A DNA stretch of 32,000 bases from Candidatus Electrothrix sp. GW3-4 (GCF_037902255.1 NZ_CP147990.1:2070001-2102000); one strand, 5' to 3'. Positions 1-9,348 are shown, numbered from the stretch's first letter. Numbers and translations are program-made. Notes: generated by a model from the sequence alone, not told the origin.

Positions 1-1
1 T

Positions 2-340
2 AATATTAGCCTGATGACCAGGATCAACCTGGGAGACAATATCCGTAATGCGCGTCATGGATTGCTCAATCAGGCCTTGAATATCCACAAAAAGATAGTT
101 TTCCTGCGACATCAAGATGTCCTGCGTATGAGAGACCAGCACCCTGGCTTCCTGCTCCAGCTCGGCGGCAGTCATCAACGCAGGCATTTCGTGAGTAATT
201 TTCTCGAAACGAATATGAAAGGAGTTGAAACGAATAAGGATAAAGAGGACACTACCACACAGAACAGCCGCAACCAAGAAAAGGCCAAAGAGGATACGCT
301 GGCTGATTCCACAATGCATTATAGAGAGGTCCTCGGACAT
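2..340 (-). CDS. membrane sensor protein, N-terminal part (probable histidine-kinase partner of the adjacent response regulator); partial, continues past the left edge
   Basis: Absent from the ORF track because it has no stop in the window. The reverse-strand frame is open from the regulator stop codon (416..418) down to position 2, with in-frame ATGs at 340 and 319. The translation MSEDLSIMHCGISQRILFGLFLVAAVLCGSVLFILIRFNSF... has one clear hydrophobic helix followed by a soluble segment. It is co-directional with and immediately downstream of a response-regulator gene, and explains the region better than + ORF 14..472. Confidence 0.45.
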   Translation of the reverse strand, partial: MSEDLSIMHCGISQRILFGLFLVAAVLCGSVLFILIRFNSFHIRFEKITHEMPALMTAAELEQEARVLVSHTQDILMSQENYLFVDIQGLIEQSMTRITDIVSQVDPGHQANI

Positions 341-415
341 CAACGTCTCAACACCAGCAGATTTTGGGAATGGGAAACATCCAGAAAACGCATAACTGCC
401 TTCCTTGAGGAGATA

Positions 416-1285
416 TTAATCCATCGAACTCAAATAATTATACAGATTCACTTTTCGATTCGTGATATTTAATTTCTTCCTGATTGTTTTACGGTGAGAG
501 GCAATCGTACTGACAGAGATATTACAGATCTCAGAAATCTCTTTACTTGATTTTCCCTGTTTTATCAAATTAACAATCTGTAATTCCGTGGGAGAGAGGG
601 CTTTTCCCAGTTCAATCCCACCAGGGACAAAGGGTTTTGTGAGCTTCTGAAAAACATGCTCAATCTCCAACAACAAGGCCTCTTGCTTCTCAGCGTCCCG
701 TTCCTCACTTAGCTCCCGCACCTTGGGAAGAATGAGTTTTTCCGCCTTAAATTGGACCCGTTCTGCCAGCTCCTTTTTTTCTTCTTCTATTGCAGAGAGA
801 AGGACCTTAAGCGCTGTATTGGCATCCTGCACCTTGCTCTCCTTATTTTGCAGTTCTTCATCCCTGTTTTCCAGCTCATGCACCAATCGTTTATTCACCC
901 GATGCAGGGTCAGGTGGGTGCGCAGCCTGATCAAGACCTCTTTTTCTGAAAACGGTTTGGTGATATAATCTACTCCACCTGCCTCAAAGGCATTTATTTT
1001 TTCCTCAGTTGAATGCAAACCACTCAGAAAGATAATGGGAATACCCTCAGGTCCCTCATTCTCCTTCAGACGTTGACAGGTCTCATAGCCGTCCATGTTA
1101 GGCATAATAATATCAAGAAGAATAATATCAGGCTGTTGCCTACTGACTATTTCAATGGCTGAAGCTCCATCCGATGCAGTGATCAGTTCATATCCTGAAT
1201 CTTTGAGCAAGATCTGCAACTGAATAATTCCAAAAGGATCATCGTCAACAATAAGTACTGTACACGGGCTGTCTGGAAATTCCAT
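416..1285 (-). CDS. two-component response regulator: REC receiver + long coiled-coil linker + LuxR/FixJ-type HTH
   Basis: ORF 416..1312. Receiver motifs are VLIVDDDP, IILLDIIMPNMDG (phospho-acceptor Asp) and DYITKPF. The C-terminal LSPTELQIVNLIKQGKSSKEISEICNISVSTIASHRKTIRKKL is a LuxR-type HTH. The ORF-track start at 1312 is TTG; the first ATG (MEFPDSP) at 1285 is used here. Confidence 0.9.
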   Translation of the reverse strand: MEFPDSPCTVLIVDDDPFGIIQLQILLKDSGYELITASDGASAIEIVSRQQPDIILLDIIMPNMDGYETCQRLKENEGPEGIPIIFLSGLHSTEEKINAFEAGGVDYITKPFSEKEVLIRLRTHLTLHRVNKRLVHELENRDEELQNKESKVQDANTALKVLLSAIEEEKKELAERVQFKAEKLILPKVRELSEERDAEKQEALLLEIEHVFQKLTKPFVPGGIELGKALSPTELQIVNLIKQGKSSKEISEICNISVSTIASHRKTIRKKLNITNRKVNLYNYLSSMD

Positions 1286-1321
1286 ATTGTTTGCAAAGGC
1301 TAAGGTGAGCAAATAATCTTG

Positions 1322-1338
1322 TATACTTTATAAGTATA
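1322..1338. promoter_or_regulatory. 7-3-7 perfect inverted repeat TATACTT-tat-AAGTATA in the divergent regulator / ABC promoter region (candidate operator)
   Basis: Read directly from the sequence. It sits 10-40 bp upstream of the regulator start. The region is AT-rich, so a chance palindrome is possible. Confidence 0.2.
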
Positions 1339-1527
1339 ATTTGTTTAATATTTTTATCATAGCGAAAAAGTAAATACAAGATTTGAAACTGCTTATTTAA
1401 TTTTCTTTACAACCCGTTTCTATAAGGAAAAACAAGATTATTGGCAAAATTTACTCCTTTTTTTCAAGAAAAAAACGACTATACTTCCTTTTTCTTCCAA
1501 ACTGTTACCCTCTTTTTTGGAGTGACT

Positions 1528-2232
1528 ATGCAACTTGCATGCAACAATCTCAGCTTCCAATATCCAGACAGTGGAGCGAGAGTGCTTGATCGCCTCTCTT
1601 TTAGCCTGCAGGGCCCTGGGATTCATGCCGTGTTTGGTCCTTCCGGGATAGGAAAGACCTCGTTGGCTCGGATTATCTCCACCGGAATCACCAGGTATGA
1701 GGGTGACCTCTGTCTCAAAGAGATCAAGACGGTCCTTTACACCTATAATATGGAACGGTTACCGACCTGGGCAAGCATCCAGAGCTTACTGAAACAGGTA
1801 ACACCATCAGGACGCGAGCCCTTGCTTGAAGAACTGGTGAGAGTTTTCGCCCTGGAGGAGCTGATGGATGCTCGTTTTTCTCGCCTCTCGTTGGGTCAAC
1901 AAAATCGAGCCAACCTGGTTCGCTATCTGGTGCAGGACTTTGACCTCCTGATCCTTGACGAAAGCCTGGCCAATGTAGATGAAAGACTGCGCCAGATCAT
2001 CCTGCTCCACATCAAAGCGCGCTTTCCAGAAAAAATGTTTCTCTCTATATCTCATAATTTGATGGAGGTAGCCATCTTCTGTAAGAAAATTGTGCTGCTC
2101 GGTGCGCAAAATAAAGGGGAGCAGGGGCGCCTTATCCAAGGGATGGATTTACAACAGGACCATGCCCAAGACATAAGCCTGGATAAAAAACAGTTAGATG
2201 CAGTGATGCTGGAGATCATGAATGCTTGTTAG
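1528..2232 (+). CDS. ABC transporter ATP-binding protein (NitT/TauT sulfonate/nitrate/taurine-like family)
   Basis: ORF 1441..2232. Start taken at ATG 1528 (MQLACNNLSF) behind GGAG at 1519. Motifs: Walker A GPSGIGKTS, signature LSLGQQNR, Walker B LLILDES, H-loop SISHN. Confidence 0.9.
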   Translation: MQLACNNLSFQYPDSGARVLDRLSFSLQGPGIHAVFGPSGIGKTSLARIISTGITRYEGDLCLKEIKTVLYTYNMERLPTWASIQSLLKQVTPSGREPLLEELVRVFALEELMDARFSRLSLGQQNRANLVRYLVQDFDLLILDESLANVDERLRQIILLHIKARFPEKMFLSISHNLMEVAIFCKKIVLLGAQNKGEQGRLIQGMDLQQDHAQDISLDKKQLDAVMLEIMNAC

Positions 2233-2260
2233 AAGAATTACCCAGTTTCTCATTGTGTAC
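2222..2260 (+). pseudogene. orphaned 5' end (first 13 codons, MLVRRITQFLIVY) of the ABC permease gene, cut off by the IS insertion
   Basis: ATG 2222 lies 7 nt after SD GGAG (2211..2214) and overlaps the ATPase stop by 11 nt, the usual coupled arrangement. The frame joins the permease body at 4017 exactly once the IS plus one GTGTAC copy is removed. Confidence 0.7.
2255..2260. repeat. target-site duplication GTGTAC (left copy)
   Basis: An identical hexamer abuts both IS termini (2255..2260 and 4011..4016). Confidence 0.7.
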
Positions 2261-4010
2261 CCCACATTCCGCACGTTGACACATAAAAAAATATTTTATA
2301 ACCTGCTGCCTCAAAAAGACATTTAATAAATCAACCAGGCAGCAGGTATGGAAAACAACACAACGATTTTACCACAGGAATGCTCAAGTAAACTCCTCAA
2401 TCACTTGGGCCTAGTCGCGGGTATGTATGACGAACTCGGACTTGGGGAGCTGATTGACAGTCTGATTCATCAGGATAAAGAAAAGCGAGTTGTCTCAGTT
2501 GGTCAGGCAGTTAAGGCAATGGTTCTTAACGGGTTGGGCTTTGCGAATCGGGCATTGTATCTGACCCCGCATTTTTTCCAGGATAAACCGGTAGATCGAC
2601 TCATCGGAGAAGGCATTGAGGCCCAGCACCTGAACGATACTGTTTTGGGCCGGGCCTTAGAAGTGATTTACGAGCATAATCCCGAAGAGTTATATTCGCA
2701 GCTTGCAGCTAGGGCAATTGGTCGTCTAGGGCTGCTGGCACGTTTTGGTCACTTGGATTCAACGAGTTTTCATACCGACGGTCGCTATCCAGCCAACGGA
2801 TCAGAAGAGGAAGAAGGTGTTATTCGGATCACAAAAGGCTACAGCCGTGATCATCGTCCGGATCTGAACCAGATCGTGTTGCAGCTCATTTGCGAACGAC
2901 AGGCTGGCATCCCGCTTCTGATGAAGCCGTTAAGTGGTAACAGTAGCGATAAAACAGATTTTCGGGAAACAGTGCAAGCGCATATTGATCAGATGAAAAA
3001 CGATTTCAGCCTGGAATATCTGGTTGCGGATAGTGCGCTCTATACAGCGCAAACATTAAAAGAACTGAGCATGATATTGTGGATTTCCCGTGTACCGGAG
3101 ACATTGAATCTGTCCCAGGAGATCATCCATGAAGTAGCTTCAAATCTGATGCAGGATCCTGAAAAAGCAGCATCTCGCAGTCTCGGGGTAGTTTATGGCG
3201 ATGTCAGGCAGCGCTGGTTGGTTGTCTATTCGCCTGAAGCATATCAACGGGGACGCAAGACCGTAAACAAAAAATGCCTCAAGCTGAGCACAAATGAATC
3301 CAAGCAATTCGATAAATTGTGCAAACAGGATTTTGCCTGCGAGGCCGATGCATTGAAAGCACTGTCCCGTTTTGAAAAAAAGCTGAAAATACTCTCAATT
3401 CATGACGCTCGTGTTGTTGCTTTACCTCGCCATAAGGGCAAAGGACGGCCAGCCAAGGGCAAGAAACCGGACTTTTATGTTTACCGCATTGAAGGCAACC
3501 CAGCCTCCCTGCTTCAGGAGAGAACCCGATTGTTGGAACGAAAAAGCTGTTTTATTCTTGCAACGAATCAGTTGGACTGCGAAGAATTGTCCGACGAGGA
3601 ACTCTTGAAAGTGTACAAAGATCAGCAAAAGGTTGAACGGGGTTTTCGTTTCCTCAAAGATCCTATGTTTATGGCTTCAACGCTTTTTTTAAAATCCCGA
3701 AAACGTATCATGGCCCTGATGATGGTTATGACGCTTTGCCTCCTGGTGTACGCCGCGTTGGAATATCGCATCAGACAAGCGCTCGAAATAAATAATGAAA
3801 CATTTCCCAACCAGAAAGGAAAACCTGCCCCTAACCCTACTGCTCGTTGGGTATTTCAGTTTTTTTCAGGAATTCACCTGCTGCTTGTCGGCGGAATGCA
3901 ACAGCTGGTCCTGAATTTAAATGAACATCATTTGCGTCTGCTGAAGCTGTTGGGTGGGAGATATGAAAAATTATATTCTGGAAATGGATAGAGGGTATGC
4001 TGAATGTGGG
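2261..4010 (+). mobile_element. insertion sequence, IS1634 family (IS4 superfamily), about 1750 bp
   Basis: Terminal inverted repeats match 12/13: CCCACATTCCGCA at 2261..2273 versus the reverse complement of 3998..4010 (CCCACATTCAGCA). The element is flanked by a 6-bp direct repeat GTGTAC, carries a single 547-aa DDE transposase, and interrupts an ABC permease gene. Confidence 0.85.
2348..3991 (+). CDS. IS1634-family DDE transposase
   Basis: 547-aa ORF. The N-terminal LNHLGLVAGMYDELGLGELID region is typical of IS1634-type transposases. Candidate DDE residues: HLDSTSF, YLVADSALYT, and YKDQQKVERGFRFLK for the Y..E..K region. The family call is from memory of family members, not from a search. 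Confidence 0.8.
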   Translation: MENNTTILPQECSSKLLNHLGLVAGMYDELGLGELIDSLIHQDKEKRVVSVGQAVKAMVLNGLGFANRALYLTPHFFQDKPVDRLIGEGIEAQHLNDTVLGRALEVIYEHNPEELYSQLAARAIGRLGLLARFGHLDSTSFHTDGRYPANGSEEEEGVIRITKGYSRDHRPDLNQIVLQLICERQAGIPLLMKPLSGNSSDKTDFRETVQAHIDQMKNDFSLEYLVADSALYTAQTLKELSMILWISRVPETLNLSQEIIHEVASNLMQDPEKAASRSLGVVYGDVRQRWLVVYSPEAYQRGRKTVNKKCLKLSTNESKQFDKLCKQDFACEADALKALSRFEKKLKILSIHDARVVALPRHKGKGRPAKGKKPDFYVYRIEGNPASLLQERTRLLERKSCFILATNQLDCEELSDEELLKVYKDQQKVERGFRFLKDPMFMASTLFLKSRKRIMALMMVMTLCLLVYAALEYRIRQALEINNETFPNQKGKPAPNPTARWVFQFFSGIHLLLVGGMQQLVLNLNEHHLRLLKLLGGRYEKLYSGNG

Positions 4011-4745
4011 GTGTACAGTATCGGCCTTGGTGGATTACTGGGCCTGAAATATACCCTTGCCCTCTCCGATTATGTCATACCAGCTCTTCCTTTGCTTCTG
4101 GAGACAGCAAAAGCTGTACTGACAGACTATATCCCCGCAGTCCTCAGTACCTTCTGGGTGACTGTTTTAGGACAACTGCTCTCTATCCTCCTGGCCTTCA
4201 GTCTGGGTATTGCCGGACGAAACACCTCCTGGCTGGGCTCCTTTATCCGGGTAACAGCCTATAACATCCAGGCCTATCCCATTGTAGCCCTGGCCCCGAT
4301 CATTTTTATCCTGCTCGGTGACGGCTTTCTCTCCCGGCTCCTCATCGCCTCCATGATCTGTTATTTCCCCCTCCTCCTCTCTGTCCTCGGGGTCATGGCA
4401 GCCCCGGTTCAGGATATTGAACATTTCTATCAGGCCACAGGGCGGATGACCTGGCAATTAGAGGTCAAGATCCGGGCCTTTGAAAACCTCAGCAAGCTGA
4501 CCACCGCAATCTCCGGCAGCGCGACCCTGGCTATGGCCGGAACCATTGTGGCGGAGTTTATTGCTGCCAATGCTGGGATTGGCTACAGCATCCGTACAGC
4601 CCTCTATCAAAGCGATCTGGCAAAAATCTTTATTGCCCTCTTCCTGATCGGCATTATCATCTCTGTTTACCAAGGGGTGCTTGAAAGTCTTGGCACCTGG
4701 ATTATCCGCAGAACCTCAACCAAACCATCGTCTCATGCCCAATAA
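3954..4745 (+). CDS. ABC transporter permease (NitT/TauT family), 5' end displaced by the IS; the present ORF has a hybrid N-terminus encoded by the IS right end
   Basis: ORF 3954..4745, with GTG at 3954 and ATG at 3963, both inside the IS. From 4011 onward it is a typical multi-helix permease (…FWVTVLGQLLSILLAFSLGIAGR…, IVAEFIAANAGIGY). The first 19 residues (MGDMKNYILEMDRGYAECG) derive from IS sequence. Confidence 0.8.
   Translation: MGDMKNYILEMDRGYAECGVYSIGLGGLLGLKYTLALSDYVIPALPLLLETAKAVLTDYIPAVLSTFWVTVLGQLLSILLAFSLGIAGRNTSWLGSFIRVTAYNIQAYPIVALAPIIFILLGDGFLSRLLIASMICYFPLLLSVLGVMAAPVQDIEHFYQATGRMTWQLEVKIRAFENLSKLTTAISGSATLAMAGTIVAEFIAANAGIGYSIRTALYQSDLAKIFIALFLIGIIISVYQGVLESLGTWIIRRTSTKPSSHAQ
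4011..4016. repeat. target-site duplication GTGTAC (right copy)
   Basis: See the left copy. Confidence 0.7.
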
Positions 4746-5721
4746 GCACACTACCTTATGGCCCATCTTGCTCTGTTCCTTCATTTATCTCCTGCTCTCG
4801 ACCTTCTCAGCCCAGGCAAATGAACAACAGATTCGCTACAGACTGAAATGGCTGTTTAACACCAGTGTTGCCGGAGATATCTATGCCGACAAGGCGGGCT
4901 ATTTTGCCGCCCAGGGCCTGCGGGTCACGGTCCGGGAGGGGAGCCCGGAAAAAAATGCCCTCAATGAGCTGGAGTTGGGGCGGGCTGAGTTTGGGGTAGC
5001 CTCGGCAGATCAGGTGATTCGGGCCCTGGATAAGGGAGCACACCTTGTTGTCCTGGCGCAGATCTTTCAGATAAACCCTATGCAGTGGATCTACCGGGCA
5101 GATCAGCCGAAAATTGAGACCCTGGCCGATCTTCGGGGCAGAAGGATAGGTATCACCTTGGGCGGGAATGACGAGACCATCATGCGCACGCTGCTGACCA
5201 AGGCCGGAATCAAAAAAAAGGAGGTCAAGCTGAGCGGGGTTCGTTTTGACTTCACCCCCTTTTTCCGCCGCAAAGTCGAGATCTGGCCGGTCTACCGCAA
5301 CAGCCAAGGCGTCATCCTGCAAGAGAAACTGGCCAAGGAGGGAGAGGCTGTTCGTTTCTTTAATCCGGCAGCCTTTGGGGTGCATTTTGTTGCCAACTCA
5401 GTTATCACCTCAGCAGAGATGATCAGGGAACAACCTGAGGTGGTGAAAAAATTCCTGAGCGCCTTATTACAGGGTTGGGAGGCGGCCATGAACCCAGACA
5501 ACGAGGACAAAGTACTGGCTGCGGTGCAGGAGCAGGATAAGGGCACCAAGGCAATGCTGATGAAAAAGCAACTTGCCTCGACCCGAGAACTGGTGCTGGC
5601 GGATGCCCCCAAAATAGGAGCCATTGACCTCCCTGCCTGGCAGCAAACTGAGGCAATCATGTTAGAGGCAGGCCAGATTAAGCAGGCCGTGCAGGTGGAA
5701 AAACACCTGCGGGTGAGGTAG
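4735..5721 (+). CDS. ABC transporter periplasmic substrate-binding protein (NMT1/THI5/SsuA-like)
   Basis: ORF 4681..5721. Start taken at ATG 4735, which gives a signal peptide MPNKHTTLWPILLCSFIYLLLSTFSAQA and overlaps the permease end. Family call rests on the conserved block RLKWLFNTSVAGDIYADKAGYF. Confidence 0.8.
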   Translation: MPNKHTTLWPILLCSFIYLLLSTFSAQANEQQIRYRLKWLFNTSVAGDIYADKAGYFAAQGLRVTVREGSPEKNALNELELGRAEFGVASADQVIRALDKGAHLVVLAQIFQINPMQWIYRADQPKIETLADLRGRRIGITLGGNDETIMRTLLTKAGIKKKEVKLSGVRFDFTPFFRRKVEIWPVYRNSQGVILQEKLAKEGEAVRFFNPAAFGVHFVANSVITSAEMIREQPEVVKKFLSALLQGWEAAMNPDNEDKVLAAVQEQDKGTKAMLMKKQLASTRELVLADAPKIGAIDLPAWQQTEAIMLEAGQIKQAVQVEKHLRVR

Positions 5722-5741
5722 AGCAGGCAAACCTCTGCTCT
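5720..5741 (+). terminator. candidate intrinsic terminator between convergent genes
   Basis: Stem AGAGCAG / CTGCTCT (7 bp) with an 8-nt loop, followed by GCGTTGTTCTG, which is only a weak T tract. Confidence 0.3.
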
Positions 5742-5780
5742 GCGTTGTTCTGCACCATTACTCTCCACTTCTGACCACAA

Positions 5781-6359
5781 TCAGTTAACGACAACCACCT
5801 CCACTCTTCGATTAATCGCGCTCAGCGGATTATACGGATCAAGCAGTTGATCCTCCCCCATGCCTATGGGGATAATCCTCTGGGCAGGGATCCCATGAAC
5901 CTGGACCAGATAACGGGCAGCACTGTGCGCCCGCCTGACTGACAAGTTTCTGTTGTACTCGCGGGAACCGGCTGCGTCCGTATGTCCAATAAGCTGAATA
6001 CGGGAATGCCGCAATTTTACGTCCTGCAAGGCTATGACGAGCTGATCTAATTGACGCTTTGCCACCGGCAAGAGTTCGTCCGAATCATAAACAAACTGAA
6101 CAGCAGTAAGGGTAGAGAAACCAGTTGGCGCTGGAGCTGTCTGTACGGCCTGAACAGGTGTTGCCGAAGGGGACGCAACAGGTCGAGGAACAAGCCCTCT
6201 GGTACGCCGTACTGGTTCGGCAGGCGGCAAGGGTGCCAGTTCCATAATGAGGTCTTTGGCTGACTTCACCTCCTCTTCTTCTGCAAAAGAACCCTTTGCA
6301 AACAAGAGGATTACAGAGAAAGCAGCACCGCACAAAACAGCCGCTCGTTTTTTCAGCAT
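5781..6359 (-). CDS. OmpA-family peptidoglycan-binding protein, exported
   Basis: ORF 5781..6422. Start at ATG 6359 behind GGAGGA. Signal peptide MLKKRAAVLCGAAFSVILLFAKGSFA, then a Pro-rich linker, then an OmpA_C-like block IQLIGHTDAAGSREYNRNLSVRRAHSAARYL…NRRVEVVV. Confidence 0.85.
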   Translation of the reverse strand: MLKKRAAVLCGAAFSVILLFAKGSFAEEEEVKSAKDLIMELAPLPPAEPVRRTRGLVPRPVASPSATPVQAVQTAPAPTGFSTLTAVQFVYDSDELLPVAKRQLDQLVIALQDVKLRHSRIQLIGHTDAAGSREYNRNLSVRRAHSAARYLVQVHGIPAQRIIPIGMGEDQLLDPYNPLSAINRRVEVVVVN

Positions 6360-6435
6360 GGTATATCCTCCGCTAATCCGAACGATGTGCAATAAATGCC
6401 ATACTGCCGCCCGGATTATCATGGATTCATCATCG

Positions 6436-7308
6436 TTATTGGTGCTTTAACTGAATTTCCATTGCCACTGGCTCACCGGCAGTATTAACAACATATCTCC
6501 CCGGATCATTTGCAACCGTCACGGGAGTTGAAATCCTTCCTGTATAACTGCTGCTCTTGCGGTTAATCCTCAGCGCCGGTGCTGTATAAAAACCGCTTGC
6601 TCCTTCAAGAACGAGATCTTTTGTCCCGCTAACAACGCTTTCAAGCAGCGATTTACTCTGGCTGTAGTTATCATATAATCGATTAAATTCTGCGCCTGAA
6701 GCACCGACATGGGCCTGACCAGCCTGACCAGGTAGCAAAATAAGACGGAGGGTCTCGCCCCCTTTATTATTATCAAAACGAAGCCAGCCATTGGCAGAAG
6801 GTATAACATACTGCTTACCCATGGTGACCCCGCCTTTTGCGGCCACTGGAAACGTTTTCTCCCGACCCGAACTTCCGGTATGGTGAACCAGGATAGTACC
6901 TGCGACATTGGCGCTCAGGTGAATCCTGATCTTCTCCCCGCTTCTGAACACACGTCGATCACTCACCCGCTGGATCATACTGCTCCCCGGCCTGGAAAGC
7001 TCTATCCAGTAATGCATCCCCGGATTTTTTAATCGATCATAATAATTACTTATACCGGTGTACGCCTGACCTGCGCCACCGCTACCACCTGATGCTGGCC
7101 TATATTGTCCTCCTGTTCCACCACCCGGAGCCTGCACAACATTCCCGGATATTACCCCGGAATTTGTCCCGCTGTTCGGATTGTAAAAAAGGGCCTTGGC
7201 TTGTGACTCGACCTCTGCATGACCGGTACCAAACGCCAAAAGAACACAACATACGGCCAGCATGACAGGACTGCTTGGTGCCGAAAATAACCTTTTTGGG
7301 GTCTGCAT
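6436..7308 (-). CDS. exported DUF4384-domain protein with Gly-rich linker
   Basis: ORF 6436..7461. Start at ATG 7308 behind AGGAGA. Signal peptide …VMLAVCCVLLAFGTGHA. The DUF4384-like core is FRSGEKIRIHLSANVAGTILVHHTGSSGREKTFPV…YVIPSANGWLRFDNNKGGETLRLILLP. Confidence 0.75.
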   Translation of the reverse strand: MQTPKRLFSAPSSPVMLAVCCVLLAFGTGHAEVESQAKALFYNPNSGTNSGVISGNVVQAPGGGTGGQYRPASGGSGGAGQAYTGISNYYDRLKNPGMHYWIELSRPGSSMIQRVSDRRVFRSGEKIRIHLSANVAGTILVHHTGSSGREKTFPVAAKGGVTMGKQYVIPSANGWLRFDNNKGGETLRLILLPGQAGQAHVGASGAEFNRLYDNYSQSKSLLESVVSGTKDLVLEGASGFYTAPALRINRKSSSYTGRISTPVTVANDPGRYVVNTAGEPVAMEIQLKHQ

Positions 7309-7333
7309 AGTATTCTCCTGTTCGGTTAAGATG

Positions 7334-7831
7334 CTATTGAATGAAAAACTTATGCCTTTCCAGAATAGTCCTGAACTCCGGCTCTCCGCGCACATTATCC
7401 AGGTCGCGGTCAAAACGAAGTGCATCGGCATTGTTAAAACCATTACCCAGGGCCCGTTCAAGGGCTTCCAACGACAAATCGGTCTGATTCATTAAGGAAT
7501 AAATAACCCCCAGGTTATACTGCGTAAAGGGACTGTTCGGGTCAAGAGCAGCACCCTTGCGAAGAGATGCAAGGGCCTTATTATTTTTGCCCACCTGAAT
7601 ATAGGCTACCCCAAGGTTGGTATGCGCTTCAGCAGAATTCGGATTTTCTTCCACTGCCCGCTTACACTCACGAATAGCATTGGGATAATCCCCCTGATTT
7701 GCATAAAACAGACATTGCTGGAGATGGTTGATCTTGGTTTCACCTGGTGGTCCCTGCGGACCAGTACACGAGATGAAAAACATTCCGGCCAATATTGTTC
7801 CAATAAATATTTTTCCTGTCCTTCCTGTCAT
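7334..7831 (-). CDS. TPR-repeat lipoprotein
   Basis: ORF 7334..7879. Start at ATG 7831 behind GGGGGGA. Lipobox-like GMFFISC, followed by about three TPR units (AEAHTNLGVAYIQVGKNNKALASLRKGAALDPNS…). Confidence 0.75.
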   Translation of the reverse strand: MTGRTGKIFIGTILAGMFFISCTGPQGPPGETKINHLQQCLFYANQGDYPNAIRECKRAVEENPNSAEAHTNLGVAYIQVGKNNKALASLRKGAALDPNSPFTQYNLGVIYSLMNQTDLSLEALERALGNGFNNADALRFDRDLDNVRGEPEFRTILERHKFFIQ

Positions 7832-7887
7832 GAGCATTCCCCCCTGTAGTAACAATTCCCCTGAGCAGACAAATAACACAGCCTTAC

Positions 7888-9348
7888 CTAGGGCTCAATA
7901 AGGTACTCAAACACCCCCTTTGACCATTTGACGGCCCGATTCACCTCGTCGCCCACCCATACCGCCTGGAGCCGACGGGTCACCTCAGCCAGATAGGTCG
8001 TTGGTTCGCTGATGACCTGAAGATCCTTATGCATGCCGAGTAAATCACTCATTTCAACCCGGTCCTCAGTAAAGATGGCGATCAGCGTATTCTGACCAAG
8101 GGGAAGCTGGGCCTCAATGGAAAAACCCCAATCAGGCCCAGGAACAACAACTGTGGTATGGGCAGGGATAAAATTATCAACTGTAGGTGTGCTGTACTGA
8201 TTAGGAAAAACCTGCAGCATCTCTCCCTTGGCATTGATATCCAACAGGATCAGATATCCGCTTTTGTTACTTCTACATTCAACGGTTACCGTGTCACCAA
8301 GGCGGAGACGCCGCCCTTCCCGCACCCTGACGCTCACTTCGCCTGAATCTTCTCCAGGGAGCATGGATTCAACACCTGTCTGTACACTCAGCTGTGATTT
8401 TTTTTCACCTGTCAGGCTGCTCCCGTAGAGATCTTTTCCGATTTCCAACATGGGGGTAAGTCCGAGTGTGCAGATCTTATGGTTTCGTTTGCAAAATGCC
8501 TCGGATTCCTGGCGCAGGTACATCAGCTGTTCGCTATTGGTAACAATTCCGTCCTTATTAAAGTCCGCCTTTCGCTCCCGCACCCCTTGAATAAACCGGT
8601 TGGTAAAAAACGACCCAGACCTTGTTTCAAGATCGGTAAAGGCCTTTTGTGAACTTGATGCCGCTGACCAGACAGTAACATGATTATTTCCCGGAATAAA
8701 ACCGCCCTCTCTCCTGAGAGCCTTTGATGCCGTTACCGTCAATCCCCTTGTACCTTCGGACGAAGCAAAGGGATCAAGGGATTTGGTATAACGTATTCCC
8801 CCTTCTTGAGCCTGCAGCTGCACGGGGAGCCCCCCCCGTGACACCGTGCCGGAATAACAGGAATCGAAGATAAGAATAATCTTTCTCTCCTGAAGTCGCT
8901 GCACAAATCCTGCAATTTCATCGTCCAAAATCATATGCTCCACAATGCGCTCTGCCGGTTTGGGCAAGGTATCGTAGGGGGCCAGCGTTTCATCCTCTCC
9001 GTCTTTTTCATCACCATCTGTATCTTTCTGGTGCCAACCATGTCCGCTATAGTAGAGGAGCAGTTCCTGATCAGTGCTTTTCTCCAACCAGTTCTTCAAT
9101 TCAGACAAAATATTTTTTCTTGTCGCCCTGCTATTGATCAGCTTATGAATGTCTTCTTTCCTATACCCCCAATCGGCCTTTATAAGCTTCTCTATATTTT
9201 CAACATCTTGAACAGGACCGCGCAAGTGAGCTGCATGCGGATAGTCTTCAATCCCGATGAGCAATGCCTTTTTCGCCTGGGCTGCAGGTGCGGATAAAAG
9301 CAGGAGCACGAGGGCAAGTATTTGAACTGTTTTTTTTCTCACTAACAT
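7888..9348 (-). CDS. exported caspase-family (peptidase C14) protein with C-terminal DUF4384 domain
   Basis: Signal peptide MLVRKKTVQILALVLLLLSAPAAQA. The catalytic dyad context is LLLYYSGHG (His) and ILIFDSCYSG (Cys). An acidic insert DTDGDEKDGEDE is present. The C-terminal block LRLGDTVTVECRSNKSGYLILLDINAKGEMLQVFPN…FIPAHTTVVVPG…FSIEAQLPLGQNTLIAIF matches the DUF4384 pattern. Confidence 0.85.
   Translation of the reverse strand: MLVRKKTVQILALVLLLLSAPAAQAKKALLIGIEDYPHAAHLRGPVQDVENIEKLIKADWGYRKEDIHKLINSRATRKNILSELKNWLEKSTDQELLLYYSGHGWHQKDTDGDEKDGEDETLAPYDTLPKPAERIVEHMILDDEIAGFVQRLQERKIILIFDSCYSGTVSRGGLPVQLQAQEGGIRYTKSLDPFASSEGTRGLTVTASKALRREGGFIPGNNHVTVWSAASSSQKAFTDLETRSGSFFTNRFIQGVRERKADFNKDGIVTNSEQLMYLRQESEAFCKRNHKICTLGLTPMLEIGKDLYGSSLTGEKKSQLSVQTGVESMLPGEDSGEVSVRVREGRRLRLGDTVTVECRSNKSGYLILLDINAKGEMLQVFPNQYSTPTVDNFIPAHTTVVVPGPDWGFSIEAQLPLGQNTLIAIFTEDRVEMSDLLGMHKDLQVISEPTTYLAEVTRRLQAVWVGDEVNRAVKWSKGVFEYLIEP

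Noticed and set aside
14-472. 152-aa + strand ORF at the left edge
   Set aside because: The sequence looks low in information and has no recognisable motifs. It overlaps the response-regulator 3' end, and the opposite strand encodes a coherent TM-containing sensor N-terminus in operon position.
4807-5780. Minus-strand ORFs 4807..5385 and 5292..5780 (192 and 162 aa)
   Set aside because: They are antisense shadows of the substrate-binding protein gene, with Ala/Ser/Cys-rich compositions typical of reverse frames.
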